Of a DNA stretch of 64,000 nucleotides, positions 8,141 through 16,876 are shown one piece after another (positions within the stretch are counted from its first letter, which is position 1; each line of letters starts with the position of its first letter). A model generated the notes under the pieces. That model was not told where the DNA came from. It did not search any database and saw only the letters and a program-made list of their open reading frames with translations. The stretch covers positions 770,480 through 834,479 of the forward strand of contig JAHBVC010000001.1 of the NCBI GenBank assembly GCA_019637755.1. Reading direction: 5' to 3'. The translations under genes were made by a program, and so were the position numbers. The stretch comes from Anaerolineales bacterium (GTDB lineage: Bacteria; Chloroflexota; Anaerolineae; Anaerolineales; UBA11579).

Positions 8141-9667
8141 TTAGCTCCTGGCCTGCGCGCGCACGCCAGCCATCAACAAGCCAATGTGGGTCTTGTCAGT
8201 GGTCTTGGCGTCAACAATATCAACGATCTTGCCGCGGTACATCACCGCGATACGGTCAGATAACTGCATGATCTCATCCAACTCCGAGGAGACCAACAGC
8301 ACGGCCGCGCCGGCATCACGCTTCTCGAGCAGCTTGCCGTGAATGTACTCGATCGAGCCAACATCCAAGCCGCGGGTGGGCTGTGAGGCCACTACCAGGC
8401 TAACCGGGCGAGAGAGTTCACGCGCCACGATCACCTTCTGCTGGTTGCCGCCGGAAAGCGAGCCCACCGAAGTTTGCGCACCGGGGGTGCGGATGTCGAA
8501 ATCGGCGATCATCTGCTCGGCATTGGCCTGCATGGGCTTCTCCTGCAGCATGATGCCCTTGGCATACGGGGGCTGGTAGTAGGTGTTGAGCACCAGATTA
8601 TCGGCCACCGAGAAATCCAGCACCAGGCCATCCTGCTGGCGGTCTTCGGGGATGTGGGCGCTGCCCATCTCGGTGAATTGGCGCGGCGTGGCACGCGTAA
8701 TGTCGTGCTCGCCGGCAAAGGTGATCTGCCCGGAAAGCGCAGGGCGCAAGCCGGTGATCGCTTCCACCAGCTCGGTCTGGCCATTGCCCTGTACGCCGGC
8801 AATACCCAGCACCTCACCCTGGTGCAATTCAAAGCTGACGCCATCCACCATCAGGTGGTTGCGGTCATCCTGCACTTGCAGATCAGCCACCTTGAGCTGC
8901 ACCGGGCCGGGTTTGGCCGGCCGTTTATCGAGCTGCAAATCCACCGCGCGGCCCACCATCATCGCCGCCAGTTTGGCCTCATCCGCCTGCTTGGGGGTGG
9001 TGGCGCCCACCACTTTGCCGAGGCGGATGACGGTGATGCGGTCAGCGGTTTGCAGCACTTCACGCAGCTTGTGCGAGATAAAGATGATCGATTTGCCACG
9101 TTCGGTCAGCGTTTTGAGGATCTTGAACAGCTCGTCCGCTTCTTGCGGCGTGAGCACCGCGGTGGGCTCATCCAAAATCAGGATATCGGCGTTGCGGTAG
9201 AGCAGCTTGATGATCTCCACACGCTGCTGCACACCCACCGAGAGATCCGCCACATAGGCATCGGGGTCAACGGCCAGTTGGTAGGTCTCGGAGATCTCGC
9301 GGATACGTTGCGCCGCGGCCTCACGGTCCAGCACGCCGCCGTAGCGCGTGGTTTCGTCTCCCAGCATCACATTCTCGGTGACGGTGAAGACGGGGATGAG
9401 CATAAAGTGCTGGTGCACCATGCCCACCCCGGCGCGAATGGCATCCGTGGGTGAATGAAGCGCCAATTGCTGGCCGCGGATGAAGATTTCGCCTTCATCC
9501 GGCTGATACAGACCATAGAGGATGTTCATCAGGGTCGATTTACCGGCCCCGTTTTCGCCCAACAAGGCGTGGATCTCCCCGGCGTTCAGGGAAAGGTCAA
9601 TCCGATCGTTTGCCAATACTCCGGGAAAGCGTTTGGTAATCCCGCGCAGCTCTAGCACTGGAGTCAT
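8141..9667 (-). CDS. ABC importer ATP-binding protein with two fused ABC domains (sugar/nucleoside type)
   Basis: 508 aa. [12 protein letters not shown] (Walker A), [13 protein letters not shown] and [11 protein letters not shown], then a degenerate second cassette with [15 protein letters not shown] and [14 protein letters not shown]. Confidence 0.92.
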   Translation of the reverse strand: MTPVLELRGITKRFPGVLANDRIDLSLNAGEIHALLGENGAGKSTLMNILYGLYQPDEGEIFIRGQQLALHSPTDAIRAGVGMVHQHFMLIPVFTVTENVMLGDETTRYGGVLDREAAAQRIREISETYQLAVDPDAYVADLSVGVQQRVEIIKLLYRNADILILDEPTAVLTPQEADELFKILKTLTERGKSIIFISHKLREVLQTADRITVIRLGKVVGATTPKQADEAKLAAMMVGRAVDLQLDKRPAKPGPVQLKVADLQVQDDRNHLMVDGVSFELHQGEVLGIAGVQGNGQTELVEAITGLRPALSGQITFAGEHDITRATPRQFTEMGSAHIPEDRQQDGLVLDFSVADNLVLNTYYQPPYAKGIMLQEKPMQANAEQMIADFDIRTPGAQTSVGSLSGGNQQKVIVARELSRPVSLVVASQPTRGLDVGSIEYIHGKLLEKRDAGAAVLLVSSELDEIMQLSDRIAVMYRGKIVDIVDAKTTDKTHIGLLMAGVRAQARS

Positions 9668-9743
9668 GCATACCTCAACGTTTGGATGGGCTGGGAAAAG
9701 CGCCGCGATTCTAACATGCTTCCTTTGGTGGCCCGCGGCTAAT

Positions 9744-9776
9744 AAAAAAGCCCCGGCAGTTGCCGGGGCTTTTTTA
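9744..9776. terminator. Intra-operon hairpin terminator/attenuator between the binding-protein and ATPase genes
   Basis: aaaaaagccccggcagttgccggggctttttt: a perfect GC stem flanked by an A-run and a T-run, 23 nt downstream of the binding-protein stop (9799). Confidence 0.75.
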
Positions 9777-9798
9777 TTACTTGCGTTAGGCTCGCGAA

Positions 9799-10902
9799 TT
9801 ACTGAGCGGCCGGGGCGGTCTGAATGCTGCCGTCGTTGATACCAGCAACAATCGCATCCAGCTCAGCCTGCAGGTCAGTGAAGCTGCCAGCAATGCCGAC
9901 GCCTTCATTGGCCAGCGTACCGATGTAGTTGGAACCACCGGCGAAGGTGCCATTGAGCACAGCCTCAACCTGGCCATACACCGCCACGTCCATGTTCTTC
10001 AACACAGAGGTGAGGATGATGTCAGTGTAGTTGGCGGCGCTGACGGTCCAGTCGGTGTCCACGCCGACGATCCAGGCGTTGCCACGTTCCTGCACGGCAG
10101 CGGCGGTGCCCAGACCCACGGGGCCAGCCACGGGCATGATGATGTCCGCGCCTTCGTCCAGGTAGGTCTCACCACGGGTGCGGCCGTCATCGGTGCTTTC
10201 GAAGTTGCCCACGAAGTCACCGGTCTGGGTGGTGGCGTCCCAACCCAAAACCTGCACGCTGGTGCCGTGCTGTTCGTTGTAGTACTGCACACCGTACCAG
10301 AAACCGTCCATGAACGCAGTCACCGAGGGGATCTGCAGACCACCGAAGGTAGCAACCTTGCCGGTCTGGCTGTTGGCCGCGGCGACGTAGCCCGCCAAGA
10401 AGGCGGCCTGGTCAGTGGCGAACAGCAGGCCCGACAGGTTCGGGCGAGCGGACTCGTCCACAGTGTAGGGGTAGTCCACGATGGTGAACTTCTGCTCGGG
10501 GTTGGCATCGGCAGCGGCGTAGGTGGCATCACCCAGCAGGAAACCAACGCTGACGATTAAGTCACAACCACGCTCAATGAACGCGTTGAGGTTGGTCTCG
10601 TAGTCAGACTGCTCCTGCGATTCGAGGTAGGCACCTTCGACACCCAGGCCAGTGACCGCATCGGTAACACCCTTGTACGCCGTGGCGTTGAAGGACTTGT
10701 CATCAATGCCGCCCGTGTCAGTTACCTGACAGATCAGGGCCGTGGTCTCAGCCGGGGCTTCAGTGTCCGCCGGGGCTTCGGTGTCAGCCGGAGCTTCCAC
10801 CATCGGAGCTTCGGTAGCCGCCGGGGCGCCAGCGCCACAGGCAGCCAACACGAGGGCGGCCACGGTCAGCAGGCCGAACAAAGAATAAAGCTTCTTGTTC
10901 AT
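9799..10902 (-). CDS. BMP-family (Bmp/PnrA/TmpC-like) ABC substrate-binding lipoprotein
   Basis: Lipobox LVLAACG, an [19 protein letters not shown] linker, then ..[38 protein letters not shown].., typical of basic membrane protein family binders. Confidence 0.88.
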   Translation of the reverse strand: MNKKLYSLFGLLTVAALVLAACGAGAPAATEAPMVEAPADTEAPADTEAPAETTALICQVTDTGGIDDKSFNATAYKGVTDAVTGLGVEGAYLESQEQSDYETNLNAFIERGCDLIVSVGFLLGDATYAAADANPEQKFTIVDYPYTVDESARPNLSGLLFATDQAAFLAGYVAAANSQTGKVATFGGLQIPSVTAFMDGFWYGVQYYNEQHGTSVQVLGWDATTQTGDFVGNFESTDDGRTRGETYLDEGADIIMPVAGPVGLGTAAAVQERGNAWIVGVDTDWTVSAANYTDIILTSVLKNMDVAVYGQVEAVLNGTFAGGSNYIGTLANEGVGIAGSFTDLQAELDAIVAGINDGSIQTAPAAQ

Positions 10903-10980
10903 ATACTCTCTTCCTCCTGGAAGGGTCTAGCGAGGCATTGGCGCGTGAGCGCAACACCTCAGTTCTTAGGGTTGCGCGCG

Positions 10981-11009
10981 AGTCTATCATTAAGCAAATC
11001 GAGTGTAAA
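10981..11009 (-). promoter_or_regulatory. Candidate sigma-70-type promoter for the BMP importer operon
   Basis: On the - strand: TTTACA (complement of 11004-11009), 17-nt spacer, TAGACT (complement of 10981-10986). This is about 80 nt upstream of the ATG at 10902. Confidence 0.4.
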
Positions 11010-11043
11010 TGACGAGCGGAAGGGCGCGGAATTTTTTAACCTT

Positions 11044-12015
11044 TTAGGGTAGCCCTTCCCAGCGAATCGCCCCACTGAGCAGGTCGGCGATCACCGTTTG
11101 CACCGTCTCAAGGCGGGCGGTGCTGAACAGGCTGGTGTTGAGCTGCTCCACGGTTACGCCCGCCGGCGCGCTGGGCACCTGCCCGGCCAGGGCTTGCTCC
11201 ACCTGGGTTTGCAGGCTGGCGCCGCTCTGGGCGTTCAGCGAAGCGATCCAACTGCCCGCCACTTCGGGCGGCGGGGCGCCGCTGCCCAGCAGCGTGACCC
11301 CATAGGTGGCCAGATACTGAGCCGCGCCGCTGTTTTCCATCTCAGGCGCCAGGTACACCACGCGCACAAACTCGATCATCAATTGGTCCACCGCCGCCTG
11401 CCAGTTATCCGCTGCGGCAGCCTGGGCGGCGATCGGATAGCGGCTGTTAGGCGGGCCGGAAGGTACACAGGCGCCACAGAAGTAAGTGGCGCCGGCGCGG
11501 TACGCGTCGACAAGGTCGCTGCTGGCTGCGCTATACAAGATGCCGCTGCGCCAATCCGGCGCGCTGAGCGCCGCCATGTAACCGGCAATGAACGCCGCAT
11601 CCTGGCTGCCGGCCGTGCCACCAGCGGTCACACTGGCCAGGTTGGCCAGTGCCGTCTGCGGGCTAAAGCCAATCGCCACCACGCGCGCCTGGGGCGCCGC
11701 GGCGGCCAGCGCCTCTGCCCCCGGGTCCGGCGCCATCAGCAGCAGGGCCACCAGGTTGGCCGGCAGCTCGGCGGCGGTAATGGCGCTGCGCGTCTCCACC
11801 ACCAGACCCTGCGCGGCGGCAAAGCTGGCCGCGGCCTGATTCACTTCGGCCAAGTTGGCGTCAGCTGCATCCGGGGCCACCAGTAAGACGATGCCGGGTG
11901 GCGGCGTAGGGCTGGCGGGCAGCGCAGTGGGCAAAGCCAGCGTGGGGGTGGGCTGCGCCCCACCAAACGAACAGGCGCTTAACAGCAACGCCAGGAAAAC
12001 AATCCGAATTTTCAC
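11044..12015 (-). CDS. Lipoprotein, distant BMP/periplasmic-binding-protein-like paralogue
   Basis: I place the start at GTG (complement of 12013-12015), giving VKIRIVFLALLLSACSFGG (lipobox). The longer track ORF (to 12207) would overlap the divergent gene at 12056. DAAFIAGYMAALS echoes [15 protein letters not shown] of the adjacent Bmp protein. Confidence 0.6.
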   Translation of the reverse strand: MKIRIVFLALLLSACSFGGAQPTPTLALPTALPASPTPPPGIVLLVAPDAADANLAEVNQAAASFAAAQGLVVETRSAITAAELPANLVALLLMAPDPGAEALAAAAPQARVVAIGFSPQTALANLASVTAGGTAGSQDAAFIAGYMAALSAPDWRSGILYSAASSDLVDAYRAGATYFCGACVPSGPPNSRYPIAAQAAAADNWQAAVDQLMIEFVRVVYLAPEMENSGAAQYLATYGVTLLGSGAPPPEVAGSWIASLNAQSGASLQTQVEQALAGQVPSAPAGVTVEQLNTSLFSTARLETVQTVIADLLSGAIRWEGLP

Positions 12016-12055
12016 TCCTGTATAATAACCGCCAGATGCAGTTTGACGCAAAACA

Positions 12056-13213
12056 ATGACCCTGCCTCCAACGCAAACACAACCCGAAGACGATCCGCAA
12101 CTGCCGGCGGCGCGCCGCCGCCATGCGCGCCGCAGCCTGTTCGGCCCGCTGGGCGTGGATGAACGCAGCCAGGCACTGGAAGCGCTGGCGCGTAAAACCA
12201 CGCCCACCTTTGATTTCTTTCTGTACTCATTGCTGGCCGGGCTGCTGATCGGCCTCGGCGTGGTGCTTGATTCGCCTTACCTGCTGGTGCTGGCCGCCTT
12301 GCTAGCCCCGCTGATGGCGCCGGCTGCCGGGGTGGCGCTGGGCGCGGCGCTCGGTTCAAGCAAACATTTCGTGCGCAATCTGAGCGCGCTCCTGATCGCC
12401 GGTAGCTTTGTCTTCCTGGCCGGCCTGCTGGCGGGCTGGCTGCCGGCTGCGGGCAATGGGCACAACGTGGCCGGCCTGCATGCCCTACTCAGTTGGCCGG
12501 GCGTGCTAAGCATGGCCCTGGCAGGCGCGTTCACTACCGCGTTGCTGATTCGCCAGCAGCCCGCCCAGGCGCCCAGCCTGCTGCTCAGTTATGGCTTGTA
12601 CATCCCGCTGGCGGTGGCTGGCTTCGGCCTGAGCAGTGGGCAGCCAGGTCTGTGGCCGCACGGCCTGGTGGTGTTTGCCATTCACCTGGCCGTGGCTACG
12701 CTTAGCGGGGCGATTGCCCTGGCGGCGGCCGGCTTCCGCCCGCCGGCTTGGTATGGCTATTCGTTCAGTGCGGCCTTGCTGCTGGTGGGCGTGCTGGCCT
12801 TCATCGGCTTCACCGGGGCGGGCGCAGCCTTTGGGGCGCGCATCGGCCTGCCGACGCTGACGCCGAGCGCCACGCTCACCGCCAGTGCCACGCTGACCGC
12901 TTCGGTCACCCCCACGCCCCGGCCCAGCCTCACCCCCTCGCGCACTCCCACGCGCACCGCTACGCTAACCCCCAGCCCCAGCCCCACGCCGGTGCTGGTG
13001 ATCATCAAAGCCGAAGGCAGTGGCGTGTTCATTCGTGAGGAGCCGGCCGGCTTGGCGATCACGACGATCTTGAACGGCCAGGCGGTGGAGCTGCTGCCCG
13101 AAGCGCCCCGCGAAGCCGGCGGGCAGCTATGGCTGCATGTGCGCCTGCCCGGCCGCGAGTTGAGCGGCTGGATCCTGCAGAACCTGCTAGCCACACCCAC
13201 GCCGCGCCCTTAG
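12056..13213 (+). CDS. DUF389-type hydrophobic-domain membrane protein fused to a C-terminal SH3b-like domain
   Basis: TFDFFLYSLLAGLLIGLGVVLDSPYLLVLAALLAPLMAPAAGVALGAAL matches the DUF389 hydrophobic-domain pattern. A Thr/Pro/Ser linker follows (TLTPSATLTASATLTASVTPTPRPSLTPSRTPTRTATLTPSPSPTP). It ends with VIIKAEGSGVFIREEPAG..GQLWLHVRLPGRELSGWILQNLL, which is SH3b-like. Confidence 0.65.
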   Translation: MTLPPTQTQPEDDPQLPAARRRHARRSLFGPLGVDERSQALEALARKTTPTFDFFLYSLLAGLLIGLGVVLDSPYLLVLAALLAPLMAPAAGVALGAALGSSKHFVRNLSALLIAGSFVFLAGLLAGWLPAAGNGHNVAGLHALLSWPGVLSMALAGAFTTALLIRQQPAQAPSLLLSYGLYIPLAVAGFGLSSGQPGLWPHGLVVFAIHLAVATLSGAIALAAAGFRPPAWYGYSFSAALLLVGVLAFIGFTGAGAAFGARIGLPTLTPSATLTASATLTASVTPTPRPSLTPSRTPTRTATLTPSPSPTPVLVIIKAEGSGVFIREEPAGLAITTILNGQAVELLPEAPREAGGQLWLHVRLPGRELSGWILQNLLATPTPRP

Positions 13214-13225
13214 CCTGCGTTGTTC

Positions 13226-13234
13226 TGGTACAAT
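13226..13234 (+). promoter_or_regulatory. Extended -10 element (TGgTACAAT) upstream of rplI
   Basis: tggtacaat at 13226-13234. It is followed by a ctgcccgg/ccgggcag hairpin and the AAGGA-type RBS ahead of the ATG at 13298. Confidence 0.4.
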
Positions 13235-13297
13235 GCGCCTCTGCCCGGTAACCTTGCCGGGCAGAATTCTGCCCTACTATATATAAGGATGTGAAGT

Positions 13298-13954
13298 ATG
13301 CAAGTTTTACTGTTGCAAGATGTCTACAAGCTCGGCCGCGCCGGCCAGATCAAGAAGGTAGCCAACGGCTATGGCCGCAACTATCTGATTCCGCAGGGCT
13401 TGGCCATCCCGGCCACTGCCAACGCCATCAAGATGGCAGAGAAGATCGCCGCCAATGCCGACAAAGAGCGCAACACGCGCAACACGGAGGCACACGCCCT
13501 GGCCGAGAAGCTCAAAGGCATGCAACTGCTCTTCCCGGCCCGCGCCGGTGAGACCGGTAAGCTGTACGGCTCGATCACGACCCAGATGATCGCTGACCAG
13601 CTCAGCGAGAAGCTGGGCGCCACGCTGGATCGCCGCCAGATCCACGTGCAGCCGCTGCGCTTGCTGGGTATGCACAAGATCGCCGTGCGCCTGACCCTGG
13701 ACGTCATCCCTGAACTGGATGCGGTGGTGTATCGCGAAGGCGAGAACCCCGAGAACTACATGGTGGATGCCAGCCAACTGGCCGCTGCCGCGGAAGGCGT
13801 GCAGCCCAAGCCGGTAGACGAGATCGCCGCCGCGGAACCCGAGTTGGACGAAGGCGCCGGAGAGGCTGGCGATGCCGGAGAAGCTGACGATGCCGAAGAG
13901 ACCGGCAGCGCTGAAGACGTGGACGACAGCGAAGAGGCTGGCGACGCCGAATAA
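13298..13954 (+). CDS. rplI: 50S ribosomal protein L9 with a roughly 70-aa acidic C-terminal extension
   Basis: MQVLLLQDVYKLGRAGQIKKVANGYGRNYLIPQGLA is the canonical L9 N-domain. Residues about 150-218 are D/E/A/G-rich. Confidence 0.9.
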   Translation: MQVLLLQDVYKLGRAGQIKKVANGYGRNYLIPQGLAIPATANAIKMAEKIAANADKERNTRNTEAHALAEKLKGMQLLFPARAGETGKLYGSITTQMIADQLSEKLGATLDRRQIHVQPLRLLGMHKIAVRLTLDVIPELDAVVYREGENPENYMVDASQLAAAAEGVQPKPVDEIAAAEPELDEGAGEAGDAGEADDAEETGSAEDVDDSEEAGDAE

Positions 13955-13970
13955 ACCCCCTGCAGAAAGC

Positions 13971-14008
13971 ATCAGCCTGCCGATACAATAGGCAGGCTGA
14001 TTTTTTTA
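13971..14008 (+). terminator. Rho-independent terminator after rplI
   Basis: atcagcctgcc-gatacaat-aggcaggctgat followed by ttttttt (14002-14008). Confidence 0.78.
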
Positions 14009-14012
14009 ACTG

Positions 14013-15329
14013 ATGACACCGCAAACCGTCGGCCACGCGCTGAGCCAACAACGCCAGCAACGCGGCCTCACCCTTGAACAGGCTTCCGAAGCCACTCACA
14101 TCCGCAGGCATTATTTGCAGGCGCTGGAAGCAGGCGACTTTGGCGCCCTGCCCTCCGCCGCCCAGGTGCGCGGCTTCCTGCGCGCCTATGCCAGCTACCT
14201 CGATCTGGATGGCGAAGCCTTGCTGGCGCAATTACGCCAGCCCAGCGCCAGTGACCCGGCGCCCGCGGCAGGCGCCCCGCCCGCCGCGGCGCAGCCCACC
14301 CGCCCAGCCCCAGAGCCGGCGGCCGCCCGCGCCGAGCCCGCCCCCCCTGCGGCCAGTGGTGATTTTGCGCATATTGCCGAACAGTTGCGCGGGCGGCGTG
14401 AGCAGGTGCAGCTCACCCTGGCGGAAGTGGAGCAAAACACCCACATCCCTGAGCACTATTTGCGCCGCCTCGAAGCCGGCGACTATGACAGCTTCCCCTC
14501 GCCCACCCAGGCGCGCGGCATGCTGGGCAATTACGCCGAATTTCTCGGGCTGGAAAGCGAAGCCCTGTTGCTGCAATATGCCGAAGTGCTGCAAGCACGC
14601 TTCCAACAGCGCGCCGCAGAACAGGCCGCCAAGACCAAACCCGCCAAGCCTAAGCCCGCCCGCCCCAGCTTGCCGCCACTGAAGTTTCGCCTGCCCGAGT
14701 GGGCGCAACCTTTGCTGACGCGGGATATTGCCTTCGGCGCTCTGATGGGCCTGGTCTTGCTGACCTTCATTACATTCAGCATCAGCCGGGTGCTCTCCAC
14801 GCGGGCCAACCAAAGCATCGAGCCCACCGCCCCACCGCTGGGCAGCCTGGGCTTGCCCAGCGCCACGCCTGATCTGGGGGCCGTAGCCAGCGGCAACGAA
14901 TCGATCAACCTGCTGGGCAGCCCCACCGCCACGCTCACGCCGGGCATGCTTGGCCAGGCCACGGTGCAGGCCAACGCAGGCAACATCAACCTGCGCCTGC
15001 TGGCCACCCAGCGGGTGTGGATGCGCGTTACCGTCGACGGGCAGATCCAGTTCGAGGGGCGCACAGTACCCGGCCAGAACTATTCCTACAGCGCCAACGG
15101 CCAGATCGTAGTGCTGACGGGTAACGCCGCTGGACTGCGCGCCTTCTTCAACGAGCAGGATCTGGGCAGCATTGGCCTGCTGGGCGAAGTCTCCAGCGTA
15201 GTGTTCAGCGCCGAGGGCGCGGTGACGCCAACCCCCTCGCCCACGCCGACCACGGACCCGGCGCAACTGACCGCCACGGCGCAGGCCACACCCAGCCCCA
15301 CGCCCACCGAAACGCCTGACGCGCCCTAA
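14013..15329 (+). CDS. RodZ-like cytoskeleton/shape protein with a duplicated XRE-type HTH module, one TM helix and a DUF4115-like C-domain
   Basis: There are two copies of the pattern ..LTLEQASEATHIRRHYLQALEAGDFGALPSAAQVRGFLRAYASYLDLD.. / ..LTLAEVEQNTHIPEHYLRRLEAGDYDSFPSPTQARGMLGNYAEFLGLE... A TM helix follows (IAFGALMGLVLLTFITFSI). The beta-rich C-domain is INLRLLATQRVWMRVTVDGQIQFEGRTVPGQNYSYSANGQIVVLTGNAAGLRAFFN. Confidence 0.75.
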   Translation: MTPQTVGHALSQQRQQRGLTLEQASEATHIRRHYLQALEAGDFGALPSAAQVRGFLRAYASYLDLDGEALLAQLRQPSASDPAPAAGAPPAAAQPTRPAPEPAAARAEPAPPAASGDFAHIAEQLRGRREQVQLTLAEVEQNTHIPEHYLRRLEAGDYDSFPSPTQARGMLGNYAEFLGLESEALLLQYAEVLQARFQQRAAEQAAKTKPAKPKPARPSLPPLKFRLPEWAQPLLTRDIAFGALMGLVLLTFITFSISRVLSTRANQSIEPTAPPLGSLGLPSATPDLGAVASGNESINLLGSPTATLTPGMLGQATVQANAGNINLRLLATQRVWMRVTVDGQIQFEGRTVPGQNYSYSANGQIVVLTGNAAGLRAFFNEQDLGSIGLLGEVSSVVFSAEGAVTPTPSPTPTTDPAQLTATAQATPSPTPTETPDAP

Positions 15330-15367
15330 GCACGAAGCCAGCGCCAGCGTTACAATCCTCTTTCGCT

Positions 15368-16759
15368 ATGGATACTAAAAACTTCCATCTGGTTTCATTA
15401 GGCTGCGCCAAGAACACCGTCGATTCCGAATCGATGGCGCAACTGTTACAGCGCGAGGGCTACCAACCCAGCCTCTCGCCCGAGGCGGCCGAGGTGCTGA
15501 TCGTTAACACCTGTGGCTTCATCGGCCCGGCCAAGGAGGAGTCGTACCAGGTGCTCAGCGAACTGGCCGCCAACAAGCGCGACGGCCAATGGCTGATCGC
15601 CGCCGGCTGCCTGAGCCAACGTTACGGCGCGGAGGTGATCGAGCAGGTGCCGGGCATCGATGCCTTGCTGGGCACGCGGCGCTGGATGGATGTGCTGCAA
15701 CTGATCGACAAGCTGCGCCGCCGTACCAGCCCGGAGCCGCTCTATCACCTGCCGGATGAGGCGCTCACTGTGGGCCGCGATGAGCATGACGTGCTGCGCG
15801 TCTCCAAGCAGGGCTATAGCGCCTACCTGAAGATTGCCGATGGTTGCCGCCGCCCGTGTGCGTTCTGCGCCATCCCGCTGATCAAGGGTACGCTGGTCAG
15901 CCGCCCGCTCGACGCCATCGTGACCGAGGCCCAGGCGCTGCAAGCCGCCGGCGTGCGCGAGATCAATCTGATCGCCCAAGACATCACCGATTGGGGCCAC
16001 GAGCTGGGCGTCAAGGATGGTCTGGCCACTCTGCTGGAAACACTGGTCAACGCCGTGCCGCACGTGGACTGGATTCGGATCCTCTACAACTTCCCCGGCT
16101 CAGTGACCGATCGCCAGATCGAGACGATGGCGGCGCACAAGCAGCTCATCCCGTATTTGGATATGCCGCTGCAACACGCCCACCCGGCCACCCTCAAACG
16201 CATGCGCCGCCCGGCCAATATGGACTGGGTGCACCGCACGTTGGCCAAGATGCGCGCCAACTTGCCCGGCCTGGCGCTGCGCTCCACCTTCATTGTGGGC
16301 TACCCGGGCGAGACCGAAGAAGAGTTCCAAGCCCTGATGGACTTCGTGGAAGAGATTCGTTTTGACCGCGTGGGCGTGTTCACCTTTTCGTTCGAGCCGG
16401 GCACCAGCAGCGAACCACTCGGCGACCCGATACCCGAAGAAGTGAAAGAAGAACGCAAGGGCCGCCTGATGGAGCTGCAACAGCGCATCTCACTCGAGAA
16501 TAACCAGGCGCTGGTGGGCCAGACGCTGGATGTGCTGGTTGAGGGCACAGGCGAAGTGGACGGCAGCGATGAGCCGATTGCCGTGGGGCGCAGCTACCGC
16601 GATGCGCCCGAGATTGACGGGCTGGTCTTCGTAGAAGGCGGCGCCCCGGTGGGCGAGATCGTGCCGGTGCGGATTACTGGGGCGATGCCGTATGACTTGA
16701 GCGGCGTGGTGGATACCAGCCGCAACATCATCACGCTGGACGGGCTTTCTGTTAAATAA
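15368..16759 (+). CDS. rimO: ribosomal protein S12 methylthiotransferase RimO (radical SAM MTTase with TRAM domain)
   Basis: The N-terminal UPF0004 domain is FHLVSLGCAKNTVDSESM. The radical SAM cluster is ADGCRRPCAFCAIP. The C-terminal region is TRAM-like (LDVLVEG..GRSYRDAPEIDGLVFVEG). Confidence 0.9.
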   Translation: MDTKNFHLVSLGCAKNTVDSESMAQLLQREGYQPSLSPEAAEVLIVNTCGFIGPAKEESYQVLSELAANKRDGQWLIAAGCLSQRYGAEVIEQVPGIDALLGTRRWMDVLQLIDKLRRRTSPEPLYHLPDEALTVGRDEHDVLRVSKQGYSAYLKIADGCRRPCAFCAIPLIKGTLVSRPLDAIVTEAQALQAAGVREINLIAQDITDWGHELGVKDGLATLLETLVNAVPHVDWIRILYNFPGSVTDRQIETMAAHKQLIPYLDMPLQHAHPATLKRMRRPANMDWVHRTLAKMRANLPGLALRSTFIVGYPGETEEEFQALMDFVEEIRFDRVGVFTFSFEPGTSSEPLGDPIPEEVKEERKGRLMELQQRISLENNQALVGQTLDVLVEGTGEVDGSDEPIAVGRSYRDAPEIDGLVFVEGGAPVGEIVPVRITGAMPYDLSGVVDTSRNIITLDGLSVK

Positions 16760-16820
16760 TTTTCAGCAAATCTTGTTGCAAGATATAAATAAATCGCAAT
16801 TCCTGTTGCATCGAGCCAAG

Positions 16821-16855
16821 AAAAAAAAAGCCCCGCAGTTGCGAGGCTTTTTTTG
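16821..16855. terminator. Bidirectional terminator between convergent rimO and the SIMPL gene
   Basis: aaaaaaaaagccccgcagttgcgaggcttttttt: a hairpin with one mismatch, flanked by an A-run and a T-run. Confidence 0.7.
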
Positions 16856-16876
16856 TACTCGGGGTCAAAGCAGCGC

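Noticed and set aside
12016-12207. N-terminal extension of the lipoprotein ORF (track start 12207).
   Set aside because: It would overlap the divergent DUF389 gene (start 12056), and its sequence is Arg/Gly/Ser-rich with no signal peptide. The GTG at 12015 gives a canonical lipoprotein signal peptide.
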